Source: Camelus dromedarius
Taxonomy: Eukaryota
Assembly (NCBI RefSeq): GCF_036321535.1
Contig: NC_087436.1
Span: 42,162,001 to 42,226,000, forward strand
Length of the DNA stretch: 64,000 nt
Direction: 5' to 3'
This document shows positions 42,006 through 53,984 of this stretch, piece after piece. Each line of letters opens with the position of its first letter. Within the stretch, counting starts at the first letter, position 1. Position numbers and translations under genes: made by a program. The notes beneath the pieces were generated by a model, which was not told the origin of the DNA, did not search any database, and worked only from the letters and a program-made list of their open reading frames with translations.

Positions 42006-42210
42006 CAGGTGACCCTTGAACAACATGGGTTTGACCTGAGTGGATCCACTTACACATAGATTTTGTTCAACAGTGAACACTACAGTATTATACCATCTGG
42101 GATGAGGAACTGTGGATAATACATACATAGAGACGAATGGAAGTTACACGTGGATTTTCGAGGATGCAGAGGGTTGGAGTCCCTAACCCTGTGTTGTTCG
42201 AGGGTCAATT
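42006..42210. mobile_element. Tigger2-derived MITE (MER8-like), inverted relative to the 41258 copy
   Basis: TIRs caggtgacccttgaacaacatgggtttg and gtgttgttcgagggtcaatt. Confidence 0.85.
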
Positions 42211-42926
42211 TCCTGAGTAAGCAAGCTGATATAAACCTGTGTAAAAAACAGACCCTTTTGCATTTTGTTGTATTCATAGTATTGACATATTATAAACACA
42301 AAAAATGATCAATGGGTAGTGAGCACTTACGGAAAGCAATATAGAGTAAAAGACATTCTGCTTGCTCCTAGATTTTGGATATAAGATTGTACATAAGAAC
42401 AAAAATAATTTTGGCATATAATTTCTTAGAATTTTAGAAATAGGCATTTATGTAATAAAACTTTAAAATCACAGCCTGCTTTGATTCAATGCTGTATATT
42501 AACCTGAGATAAAATATTCTTAGAATGTTGTAAAAAAAAAGCGGTAGAGACAAGTGAAAATAGGGAGAGAAGTTAAAGGATATTAGTTCTGAAGATCTCG
42601 CCTATCAGGAACATGGCTGCACACGGATGTCCTATTTAGATCTGCTTATTAAAGCAAGGGTTGATAATTCAACAGCATCACTGTAATTTCACAAAACAGA
42701 ATTGTATGGTAATGAGCTCTCCAGACAGAAAATGGAAGCCAGGGCTCTTCTAGTTCTTGAAATCTAGATTTGTGTATATATTTATGTTGGTACAATTTAC
42801 ACTGAAAATCATTTTCTAGAAGAAGAGTAGCCTATAATGAGCAGGAAAAATATCATTCTCATACAAAATATATCACACAATGTAATTAAAATACCCAGTC
42901 CACACACAGATAGTCTGAATCTGAAT

Positions 42927-43070
42927 CAGGGGTTCCCAGAGTATGCTTAGTCCTCAGACCAGCAGCAAAAAAGCACCACCATCACCTGGGACTTTGTTAC
43001 AAATTAGGAGATTCATCCCAAACCTCTGGCCCTACAATCCGTGTTTTAACAAGAACGTGATGGGATTCGA
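42927..43070. mobile_element. MER5A-like hAT-Charlie fragment
   Basis: gaccagcagca...catcacctgggactttgttacaaat...caatccgtgttttaacaag. Confidence 0.65.
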
Positions 43071-43544
43071 ATTGAAACAATACCACGGAGTGTGAGGGAT
43101 TATACAAAGGCTACGACTGAGGCAGACTATAGAGACGAGGGAAGAAGTCAGGATGAACACTGAGGTTGACTGCAGAGTCTACGCTCGAGATCTTAGAAGA
43201 AAATCTTCCATTTTTTTGAGGATTATAGGTTACTTAATCTAGCATCTAGTTCAGCAGGGCCTCCGTGTGGAAGGGAACCCGGATAGACTCTGGCTAGAAG
43301 GCAGGCAGCCATTTGCCTGGAGCTTCCCCTACGGTCCCTCCAGAATGAGATGCATAGAAGGAGAAGGAACCAGGGTGGAGACAGCAGAACCAGGGCTGGA
43401 GTTTCTGCTCCTCCTTTTAAAGGACAGAAAAACCACAGATAATATGACTAAGCCTAAAGAAGCCAGAATTCAGAAGTCCCAGGAGGCTACTCTTTAATTC
43501 TCCTGCCCTTACAAGACAGACTTTTCAGACTCTGCTCATGTCTT

Positions 43545-43635
43545 TTTTTTTTTTTTTTTAATGTTGGTATTGATTGAACCCAGAACCTTGTGCATGCTGA
43601 GCACGCCCTCTACCACTGAGCTGTATACCCTACCC
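43545..43635 (-). mobile_element. Short tRNA-derived SINE (camelid vic-1-like)
   Basis: Minus strand gggtagggtatacagctcagtggtagag...ggttctgggttcaatc plus an A tail. TSD ctgctcatgtctt (43532-43544) / ctgctcatttctt (43637-43649). Confidence 0.9.
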
Positions 43636-46389
43636 ACTGCTCATTTCTTAAGACACTGAGATAGTCTAATGTCTGCATATCTCACTTACTTGTCATTCTT
43701 CTTCGACTTCAGTGAGAAAGAGAATGAAAGAAAGGATTTAAATAAACATCCCCAAGATGGAAGTAGAAATACCAAGTATCAACCCCTAAGTGAGTAGAAG
43801 TGAAGCCAAAGATATTTCCTCCACGTCCTTCCTATACGCCTGAAACTGTTCTTTGATTTGCCATGTGGAGAACAGCAAGGGACAGTGATTCAGTCACAGC
43901 TCATCCTCAATGACAAGAGTTATCACAATACAGCAACAGCAAGCACCCCCAAGTACCACCAGGGCTCTCGTTTGCCCAAACCCTCTCAGGTAGGCACTGC
44001 TGGCCTCATTTTAACGAGGCCAACTCCCAGCCTGGTCCAAAAGAGACCTATTAAGGCCAAAAGATGAAAAGCCAAGACCTTTTGGCTGAAAAGGCCCATG
44101 TTTTTCCACTTTGCTACTTTGCCACAGCCCCTGGAAAGTGGTATAAAAAATTCTGTAAACAAAACTATAAACTAGGTAGTCTGTCTCCAGTGCCGCTGAT
44201 TTTTCAGAAGCTCCTGCTCACTCCCTCCTCTTTCAAAGTCTGCACTCAGGAATAGATCTGACAAACTCACTAACAGTAGTGATTTTAATTTCAAAACTAG
44301 ACTGTTTGGCTTGGAATGAGAGTATCTGTGAAGAATATACCAAAAACAGGTGCTAACAGCAATAAAATTATGAAAATTATCATTTGTAAAAATGAATAGT
44401 CAAAAAATATATCCCTTGACATTGCCAGTGTTTGAATTAGTATCTAAATGGACAATTCTGCAGGGCACCTAAAGGTTAAATACGTAATAGTAGACGGAGG
44501 AAGGTGTTTAAAAATCATGTCAGATTCTGCACATTTGGGTCTCCTAATGTATCAGGAAACTCTTGTAAGCCCATAATGCTTACAGAAGCAACTGATAAGC
44601 TATTTAAAACTACGATGCTGCTTAGAAAATTACCATATCAGTGAACTGAACAGTAAGTTATTGATGGTTGCAACAGTGCCTGATTTACTTCCTGGATAGA
44701 TTCACTCAGCCATGTAATCTGGTTTCTTACTACAAGATAAAGACAAAATAAAAGCTCAGGCTAACTTTTGCAAGAATTATCTGAAACAACATTTTACATT
44801 AATGAGTTCCCATAGGGAATCTAGCATTTATGCCCAACTATTATGTTGTGAATATTTAAGCTAAGAATCAGTAATTAGAATTAAACTGTTCATCTCCTGC
44901 AAATATCATAGTTCTCCATTTTCGGATCCCCACATAGCAACCAACAGAGCAGTGGTACTACAGGGATGAACACATTCTAAAAAAGTATTTGTGAGCCATG
45001 GTGTTCAAAATAAGGAACCAACTATAAAAATATATATTTTGATTAAATACTTATTTAAAAGGAGGCACTTTAATCAATATGATAGAATGATTATAACCCT
45101 GTCTCTAGCTTTATGTTTCAAGAGATAACTTATATTTAACATACTATTAAATGGCTTTTGATTAAAATGGCCTTAGTTTTTCACAACTGCTGCAATCCGG
45201 GATCAGTCTGTTAACCCCAAGGACTCTGGTCCCATAACTCAGCCTAGACATTTATTTACTGTTGGGGAAGTCAGCTTCCCACTACCACATGTAATAATAA
45301 GTAATGGCTTATTACTCAATGCAATGTACATACAATGCACTTATAAATGTAATATAATTACATTACCATATGTAATAACAAGTAATGGTTTATTACTCAG
45401 TGAAAACTAAGTATAAAGTCTCTCTTTTGATTTTTGGTTTTATTCTCCTTCTCATAACTTGATCTGTTGCACAATGTCTGTTTTTCCCCCAGAACCTTTC
45501 TCTGTGAGGGAGCTCTCTGGTAAATGACAAAATGACAAACAATGATTATCTCATGACCCCATTCTTGGTCTCACGCTCTTTCTTATCTCTGTTTATCTCT
45601 TATCTGTATCTCTCACCAGGACTGTTTCCGCAAATTAAAAATGTCTCTACAAATGGTGAAATGAAGATGCCCCTCATACTCCCAGCCTGGCAGTAAGGCA
45701 CCTCTGAGGTCCACCAGGTGAGTGTCACAGCACCCAAGCCGTCTTTCAGGCAACAACAGCGGGCCCGTCTTGCACTGCTGCCCTCGTTCACACGGGTATT
45801 TGGAACACAGGAGAGACCATTTAGCTCACCAACTGGGTGATTTCCATTTCTCAGTATCGATAACTTTAGGTAGCTACTCTAATTCATTAAAATAACTCAG
45901 CCTGGAATGTTTGGTGACTTAATGACCGAGAAGGCATCTGGACGTAAATTTGAAATCAACAAAAAATGGTTGTAATACTAACAACATTGATGTACTAGCT
46001 GAATCACCTACTTTTTTGGCACCTATTTCTATTTGACGCAATTCATTCAATTTTAAATGGCTACCATTTTCCAAGTACACAAGGCAGAGGAGAGTAAGTA
46101 GGTTATCTACCTTATTATATCCACCCTTTAAGGCATCCACACCCCAGTTAGGGAGAGAACCGCGCGAAAAAACCGGTAATTAAGGTACAGTCTATTAGGT
46201 GCAATTACAGTTCAGGGCTGTAGACGCTGAACAGTGGCAGAGACCAAGCGCCCGGCAGAGCCAGACCACTCCAGCCAATGGGAAATCATCTAAAATTCAT
46301 CACCTCAATTTTAATCATCGAAAGACTCCCTAAGTAAATGTACTATTCTTCGGTGGTAGTATTGTTTTTACCCCTTAATAAAACTTCTC

Positions 46390-46443
46390 AAAGTAAATGT
46401 TGTTTTAAGCCACTAAGTTCTGGGGTAGTTTTTTATGCAGAAA

Positions 46444-46510
<67 letters not shown>

Positions 46511-46518
46511 ATGATACA
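46390..46518 (+). mobile_element. MaLR (MLT1-type) LTR 3' end
   Basis: aaatgttgttttaagccactaagttctggggtagttttttatgcag...gataca. Confidence 0.7.
46441..46512. repeat. (AAAT)18 perfect tetranucleotide microsatellite
   Basis: Counted directly, 72 bp. Confidence 0.98.
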
Positions 46519-48073
46519 CCCTCTGATTCACAAAAAAACCAAACAAACTACTAAAAGCTACAGTCACCCCCTATTACATATTATTATTTCATTCACATTT
46601 ATTACCTGAAGGACCTAACCAAATAGGAATCTATGTTTATAGACCTCCTTCCTGGCCAAAGTAAACCTTTTTTTTCCCCAACTTTTTTTTCTTTTTGAAT
46701 TCATATCATGTTCTCTACCACTCTGTAATGAAAGAGATAGGCTACTATCTGGATATGATCCAACCTAAACCTCTTCCCCTTAATCCTCACATTTTAAGGA
46801 CTCCTACCAGGTATTAAATAGTACAATAAGTTAGGCACAGGCATTTAAAAATGATTCTGTCATGAAGGCAGGCAATTTCTTCACTCTACACCAACATAGC
46901 ACTGTAATCAAAAACATTGGGACTGTGGCAGATTTCTTTATTACTAAATCTCTACAGCATCATAGGAGTCCAAATGCTATCTTCTGACTCTCATAGTTAA
47001 GTCCTCACAGTCTTTGACATACCAAATGAAGATTAGAGAAACTGTCGTCTCTGCAGAGTTCGGCACACACTATAAATGTGTAAATGAGTAAATGAGTGAC
47101 AAGAGACACAGGCATCTTGACAAAATATCTCATCGATAGCAAAACAATCCACATGTCACTTGGCTGAGCCACAAGCTTTCTGTGTGGCCTTGGACGAGAC
47201 ACTCAAACTCTTTTAATCTCCTACGTGACAAACGAATGGGCTACTTGCTGCATTTTGAGGAGGAACTGGAGCTGAACCAGATGCTCTCTTGAGTTTCTTT
47301 AGGCTCCAACATTATGAAAGCTTCTAAAAAATGCCGTTTAGACATTTCTCTAACTTTTCATCCCAGGTTGTGAAATGAAATCCCACTGTCCAATCACTTC
47401 CAGACATCTGGAAAACCTAGACCACTCCCAGTGTAAGACACCGAGGTAGTTAACAATTAAGCTGTTCAGTGAGTCATGTGTTCTAAGTGGCCACTTGCTG
47501 GGCCCTATTATTTTAGTGTCACTACCACGACCTGTAAATAATACAGGCATTTGAGAAACTCATTAACTTTTAGGACCCTGAGGTATAGTTTACTGTATCA
47601 GGCAGATCCACTAGAGAAGTCCCAATAGGAACGCTTGGGTTCCTAAGCACATAAAACCTCGCTAGTGTAAGGAATATCAGAAATTTTAAGACACATCATT
47701 CTTCAAAATACTCCCTCTATTGAAGAACTTTGTAAATGCCTCACCAAAATGAAAATGGCCTTCATTCTCATAACCTAACCCACTCTCAATGACGATACAC
47801 TAATCTAGGTCCACATGCCTAACGCAGGCACATGCCGGATATGTATGTATTTGCCTGTGACACAGAACTAAGTGTCACAGCCAAGGCAATGCTTGTAAAT
47901 GAATAGCACATTTTCAAAAGAATCATTACAGAAAGCCCCAAGAGGAAAAAAGAACAAGGAAGCCCCACAAAGAAGGTCAAACTAGAAGTCACGGCAAATC
48001 AGAAAACATTTCGAGTAGTAACCTTATAGGAGGCTCCAAAAACCAAAAGGTGCTTTTAAAGTAAAACAAAGCA

Positions 48074-48779
48074 CAGCAGCCCCTGTTGATCTCCAGGGTT
48101 TATGTTCCAAGACCCCCCAGTGGACGCTTGAAACCTCAGATAGTACTGAACCCTATATATACCAGGTTTTCCCTGTACATACATACCTGTGATGAATTTT
48201 AATTTATGAACTAGGCACGGTATGAGATTAACAATAATTAATAAAATTGATCACAATACACTGTCATAAATGTTATGTGAATGTGATCTCTCTCTCTCTC
48301 AATATCTCACTGTACTCTACCCAGCCTTCTTATGATAAAATGCCTATGTGATCACGTGAGGTGAAGTTAATTACGCAAGCACTGCGACACAGAGTCAGGG
48401 TACTGCTGACCTTCTGACAGTGCATCAGAAGGAGAATCACGTTGTGCTGTACACCAGAAATTGACACAACATTGTAAACTGACTATACAATTAAAAATAA
48501 AAAGTAAAAAAAAAGGAGAATCGTCTGCTCTGAGTGACCCTGGATCATGGAACCATGAGGATGTTGATGGGTGTCTGGAGCAGTGTCGATGGTTGGGGAT
48601 TCTGGGCAGGACAGGACAGAGCAGGACAGAGCTGGACTCTGCGAGATTTCATCACGCTACTCAAAACAACGTGCGATTTAAAACTTATGAATTGCTTATC
48701 TATGGAATTTTCCATTTAACATTTTGTGATCGCGGTTGAGCGAGGGTAGGTGAAGCCACAGATATGGGGAGGATTACTG
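48074..48779 (-). mobile_element. MER44 (Tigger7-family) DNA transposon, interrupted by an L1 stub
   Basis: Left end cagcagcccc...gttccaagaccccccagtggacgcttgaaacc. Right end gcgagatttcatcacgctactcaaaac...ggaattttccatttaac...ggggaggattactg. Confidence 0.85.
48439..48512 (+). mobile_element. Extremely 5'-truncated young L1 3' end with A-rich tail
   Basis: tgctgtacaccagaaattgacacaacattgtaaactgactatac plus tail. Perfect TSD aaggagaatc at 48429-48438 and 48513-48522. Confidence 0.85.
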
Positions 48780-50488
48780 CAGTGAAAACTAACAGGCGTA
48801 AGGACCCATGCTATCTTACGAAGCATAAAGTCGTATTTGGTGCTTAGGCTGTGTAGTTCAAGCTGCTGCAACTCAAGAAAAATGTACAGGCAGTCAGAAG
48901 ATTCCTTATTATCATCGATCCCTTCTTCAACCTGAAGAAGGGAGACAGCATTCGAACAAAAACCCGAAGGAGCAGGAGGAAGGGAGGTGCTCTGGCTGGG
49001 AGAAGATGAAGACTTGGAGAGAGTGGGCTTGATCTGCCTAACATTATTACACACTCAGTTAAGGGAAAGACAGACTTGCTTCCAAGTCTTTTAGAAGCTG
49101 CTTCTAACATCCGATTTTAGGAAGGGAGTAATACATCACACAGTGACTCTGGGAGACTATTTCCAGGATTCCAAATGGGCTTGGATGAATTCACGAATGG
49201 CTGAGGCACACTGGACTTAATCCCCATCCTTTACAGCTGGTGTCAGAGAGGACTGTACTCGCCTCGCAGCTTCCACCAGTGGCATCTGGGGTTTATGGGC
49301 TGAAGATCTGGCAAGTTCTGTTTTTTCATGTTACGTGAAATATATCATATCAAAGTATTATTTATACTTTGTATTTACACTTCTAATGGAGGTGTTATAA
49401 AAGTCTACAGGTTGTACACTCTGATCATCTTACTTCCCCACAAGAAAATTCTGCCCGGTGATGGTGCTCATTTGATGCCTAGATGAGAAAATCTGGATTT
49501 ACTCTTCATCAAGGCCCTGACAGGTTCTTCAGTATGTAGAGGCCAAAGCTAGAAATGAACAATTGTTGTTCTGAGTGGCTATTTTCAAGATTTTAAGAGT
49601 AGAAATAGTTGCAATAGAGAAAATCATAGAACAGGCCCTATGCTTCTGGTAAATGCCATCAGATGTTGAGATTAAATCCAGAGTCAACCTGAGGCTAGAA
49701 AACCCCCTACAATAACAGATATGCAAGTACAGGTCCTGTGAGTTTGAGATACCTAATAAAAAAACAGACTGGGATGGAGAACAGAACACAAGGGATTTGA
49801 TGACAGTTCAACCCCCACCAAAAAAGAATTCAGGTTTGACTTAGAGAGTAGACAGGTTTTGTTAAAAACCTAATTAATTCTGTCTTTGAAATGAAATCAC
49901 AAGGGGGCATGAATTCTTTAAAACAGTCACATTTGCTTACTAACTAAGTAAAAATTAGTTGGCTCCCTAGTTGGATGGAAGTTACTACCTCACTTTTGTT
50001 GCTGGACACAAACTTCCTAGCAGTTATGACTACAGAAGGAAGGACACTCTTCATGTCATTCTACTTATTTGAGTTCACTGGACCTAACCTAGATGCAGAG
50101 ACCTGTGTTTGCATTGTCTGGGGGAGATCAGAGGGAACTCAGTGTTTAATCAAAAGCAGAATCTCTTACACTCAGTAAAACGAACTATCTAATTACACTC
50201 TCCTCACATACTATGGTTATCGCTTAATTCCAAATCAACTTCGCAGCCAGTCTACTGACCACACGGTAGAGGTCCCCTGGCATTACTGAAACGTTCAAAG
50301 CAGAAATGCTTTCCAGGGGAGTGGGGCACCCACAAATAAAGGGACCTTGGTAGGCTCTGTGCCCTAACCACTTTTCAAAATAGCATTTGTAATCCAACAA
50401 GACCCAATCTTATTTCTTCCAAAAATTAAAACTGACAAACTGACATTTATATTTAGAAAACATTACCAAGGAGCTCAGCAAACCTTAC

Positions 50489-51310
50489 TTCTGGTAGTGG
50501 GCTGGCCGGTTTGGTTAGGATTCCTCCTACATAAACCACATTAGGCAGAGTGGGTCTCGGAAACTCCAGTGCTACATCTGTACACAGCATCCACAGGCTG
50601 GACCCATGGACCAAGTCATACATGGACTTCTCCGGCAGCAGGTTGTACTTCTGCATTATCCTTTCATATTTGGGGAGAACCAGAAAACTGATCCCTAATC
50701 TGGAAATGAGGTAAACGCCGGTATTTTTCATCCTTTGCAGCAGGTTCATGTGGTCCGTGAGGAGTGAGTTAAACTCTGGGACGTAAGCTAATGGGGCAGG
50801 AGCACCCACTTCAGCAGGATACCAAAGGCCAGTTGAGAATACAGCATATTTAACCCCCAAAAGATGAGCTATCACAAATCCACACATGTCATTAGGGTCC
50901 ACCAGCAGCAGGTCAAACTTTTCCTTTTTCAGACCCTGGATCAGGGCACGGTTGCCAACCATCATGTCACAGTTCTTAGTATAGCGATCCAGTATGTCAA
51001 ACAGTTCGATTGCTGTCAGTCTCCCAGAGAAAATATTCCGCATTTTGGACTGCAGGAACGCATCCGAGGTGGTGCTGTTAAAGATCCCTGGGTAGCGCTG
51101 GAGGCTGTAATGATTAGATGGCGCGATGTCTCTGCCTTCAGAGAGGAGGAACACTGTGCGGTGGCCTCTCTCGTGCAACGCCGAGGCGAGCGTCTTAAAA
51201 ATGTACATATGGCTTTCAAACATAATTGGCGGCACGATGATGATTTTGGCAGCTTTTGCTATCCCAACAGCACTCCACAGGAGCATGAAATATGGAGTGT
51301 AAGACTTCAT
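50489..51310 (-). CDS. UGT8: UGT8 first coding exon (aa 1-274): signal peptide and N-terminal acceptor-binding domain
   Basis: ATG at 51310 gives MKSYTPYFMLLWSAVGIAKA...PASPLPE. The acceptor catttcag|CT-ATG puts the exon start at 51312. Donor GAA|gtaagg (GT at 50488-50487). N78 sequon (NST). Confidence 0.98.
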
Positions 51311-52063
51311 AGCTGAAATGACAAACAGAAAACTATTTAAAACAGAATGCAATCCTTACCACTCAAAACAATCACAAAGACATTTTTTCAAAGTATCTGA
51401 TGACCCAGTACTTTGAGGATTGCTTTCAAAAATTACCCCAATACTTGTTCCGATTACCTCTTTATTTTTGAAAGATATTTTTTAAGGTATAGAACTGATA
51501 GCAAAGCTGGCATCAACTGAAATATTTTTAAAACGTATCAGTTTTGGAACACAATTACGTCAATAATGGAAAACTAAGTTTTTTTAAAAATTTGAAATGA
51601 AACTTCAGTCAGACTGAATGACAAAAGATCTCTCTTCTTTGAATAATAGCTATGAGGTATCTATGAAACCTTTTCTTTTGATTGAAAATCAATGTTAATC
51701 CCAGGAAGAAATGCCAAGACTTTTTACTTCCAGGTATATCAGCATGTATGTCTCTTTTTAAATCATTTTATCACAGCAGTTACATTCTCAACTATGACCA
51801 AAGCATATCAAAGAACGATTATGTTTTAGAAAATAATTCTTTCAAGTCGTAGTTCTATAGAAAAGACATTTTTTCCACAGGGAAAAAAATAACCTTTAAT
51901 GTGAATTCCTCCTTTATCTAAACATCCTTAAGTATCCTGGTTTCTGTAACTTATATCAGTTTGCTGATTCATGTCAGGACATTGTCTAAAAGAGAAGCTT
52001 TTAATAGAAAAGTTCAAGAGAGTTAACTGGACCTCAGTAAACGCTTATGAAAGAAGTGACTGA

Positions 52064-52202
52064 GGGAGGGTATAGCTCCTGTGGTAGAGTGCATACTTAG
52101 CATGCAGAGGTCCTGGGTTCAATCCTCAGTACCTCCTCTAAAAAGTAAAACAAACCTAATCACCTCCCACACCAAAAAAAAAAAAAAAAAAAGTTAAAAA
52201 AA
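52064..52202 (+). mobile_element. tRNA-derived SINE (camelid vic-1-like)
   Basis: gggagggtatagctcctgtggtagag (A box), gggttcaatcc (B box), aaacctaatcacctccc and poly(A). TSD aagtgactga at 52054-52063 and 52203-52212. Confidence 0.92.
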
Positions 52203-53515
52203 AAGTGACTGATGAGTTGATGAGTGAGTATGTCCCTGACCACACTTCCTGGGTTGTACCTGTAACTTGGGTGCAAAGGGCAAGTCAGATGACAGCTGTG
52301 CACTTGGTGGCTAAGGCTTCTTCTACTTTTTTGTGTTAACAGAGTATATACAATAGTTAGAGTCATCTTCTATTATTTTTTAGAAATAACACCTATGAAG
52401 GGCCACAGAGTGTGCAAACTCCCCCTAAGCTACCTAATATAAGTTTTACTTAGGTTCTAAATTAGCTTCCAAATAGGGAAAGATCTAAACAATAATTACC
52501 CATGCAAACTGGACACTTACTTCAAGGAACAACTCAAAATATATTTATATGCAATCACCAAATCTATATTTAGTTTTATTCATTATTACATATTAACAAT
52601 TCTACTTGTACAAATTCCCACCATCTAAATGCAGTTTAAACAACTATACCTTCTCAACATTCAAACACTGCAAGCAACCTAAAAAAAAAAAAAAAGAAAG
52701 AAATCAATAACAGGCAAATGATCGACTCTCCCAATACCAAGATTAAATTATAAAACACATTATATTTCCCAGTGCTTTTCCCCTCTCTCACTACACGGAC
52801 ATTTTCCAGCCACTTCTAGATGAGTTGATGCCATACTATTAAGAGTAAACAGAAGTAATGCACGTTATAAACATAAAAGCCTATGTTAAATGTTGCTTGA
52901 ATTAATGTGAGGGCTTAAAAAAAATAAAGCTGGAGAAAACACTGTTTCTACAGCAATGAAGTAAGTTTATTCTACAATTACATGGTCAATGAAGGAAGAA
53001 AATTAAGTCATCAGTCTTGCAGAAAACTTTCCAGGCCTTTATTCTCCTACATTGCCTCTCCAATGTATCTCTCTGGTATAACCTTCTTCCAATGCCAAGG
53101 AGGAAAAAACTAGGAATTTTAAGTAGATATGCTATTAATTCTAGGAATGAGGTTTATGCAGCAAGAATTGTTTCAGCAGCTACTGCCCACCACCGTGATT
53201 GCTATGCCCGTTATTATCTGCACGCCTAGGAAGACATGCGGGATGATGGACCAGTGCTGGGCAACTGCTCTGCCTGCTGTGTTTCGCATCTAGCTGAGTA
53301 GTGAGCACACTCAGTTTGTTCAGCTACAGTTAAAACTACTACTTTATAAATAAGAAACAAAACAAAAAATAATAGGGGGGAAACAAATCCTTTCACTGTG
53401 TTTTTTATTTTATTCTTCCTTTTTTACTTTAGTATTTTATTTCGATTAATTACTGCAAAGTAAAAAGAAACCACACAAAAAGTTTGTTTAATACACAATT
53501 GCTTATGTTCCAGAA

Positions 53516-53662
53516 CAGCACTGCCCAATAGAACTCTCTGTGACAATGAAAATGTTCTGTCTCCTTTCTGTCCAATATAGTAGCCTCCACTGAACAGCTA
53601 AAATGCTGTCAGTGTGACTGAGCGACTGAATTTTAAATTAGTACGAGTGGCTACTGTACCAA
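53516..53662. mobile_element. MER3-like hAT-Charlie MITE
   Basis: cagcactgcccaatagaactctctgtgacaatgaaaatgttct...gtgtgactgagcgactgaattttaaatt...gtggctactgta. Confidence 0.8.
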
Positions 53663-53984
53663 AATTAGGTTAGAAAAAGTCCATAGATTCTGTAGATATA
53701 AATTCTAAATGTAACTATTCAGATACCAATATTCATGTGATAAAGTATCTTCTAAAAATAATGTCTACTAGATCCTCATATGGCTTCATGAAAAAATAGT
53801 AATTAAGATAAAGAAGCATCATTTGCACAAGTTTGTCATTCTGCTGTTCAGATACAAAGCTAATTATGAAGGATTACAACGGCACTTTAATCTCATGAAT
53901 ACCACTGTGATGGATAACCAAATGACTAACACAACTACCAACAGTGAGGTTCTGCTAATCCAGAAATATCAGTGTGTCTGTCTA

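Larger units (their letters stand above)
5062..51310 (-). other. UGT8: UGT8 coding span: 5 coding exons, 541 aa, 2-hydroxyacylsphingosine 1-beta-galactosyltransferase (CGT)
   Basis: Exons of 822+143+77+220+364 nt sum to 1626 nt (541 codons + TGA). All introns are GT-AG with compatible phases (35920, 1476, 2527, 4700 nt). The protein has a signal peptide, UGT signature, TM helix and KKVK end and closely matches mammalian UGT8 as recalled. Confidence 0.98.

Noticed and set aside
48716..49110. Possible processed pseudogene
   Set aside because: No recognisable parent protein, poly(A) tail or TSD. More likely an ancient repeat.
50453..50488. ORF read-through VRFAELLGNVF
   Set aside because: Intronic; it follows the canonical donor GAA|gtaagg.
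50864..51316. 150-aa plus-strand ORF
   Set aside because: Antisense shadow of the UGT8 exon with no recognisable protein features.
51311..51352. 14-aa N-terminal extension in the ORF track (MHSVLNSFLFVISA)
   Set aside because: It starts at a TTG in the intron and reads through the polypyrimidine tract. The signal peptide begins at ATG 51310.
52064..52137. tRNA-like sequence (also at 43560-43635)
   Set aside because: Poly(A) tails, TSDs and a degenerate cloverleaf mark these as SINEs, not tRNA genes.
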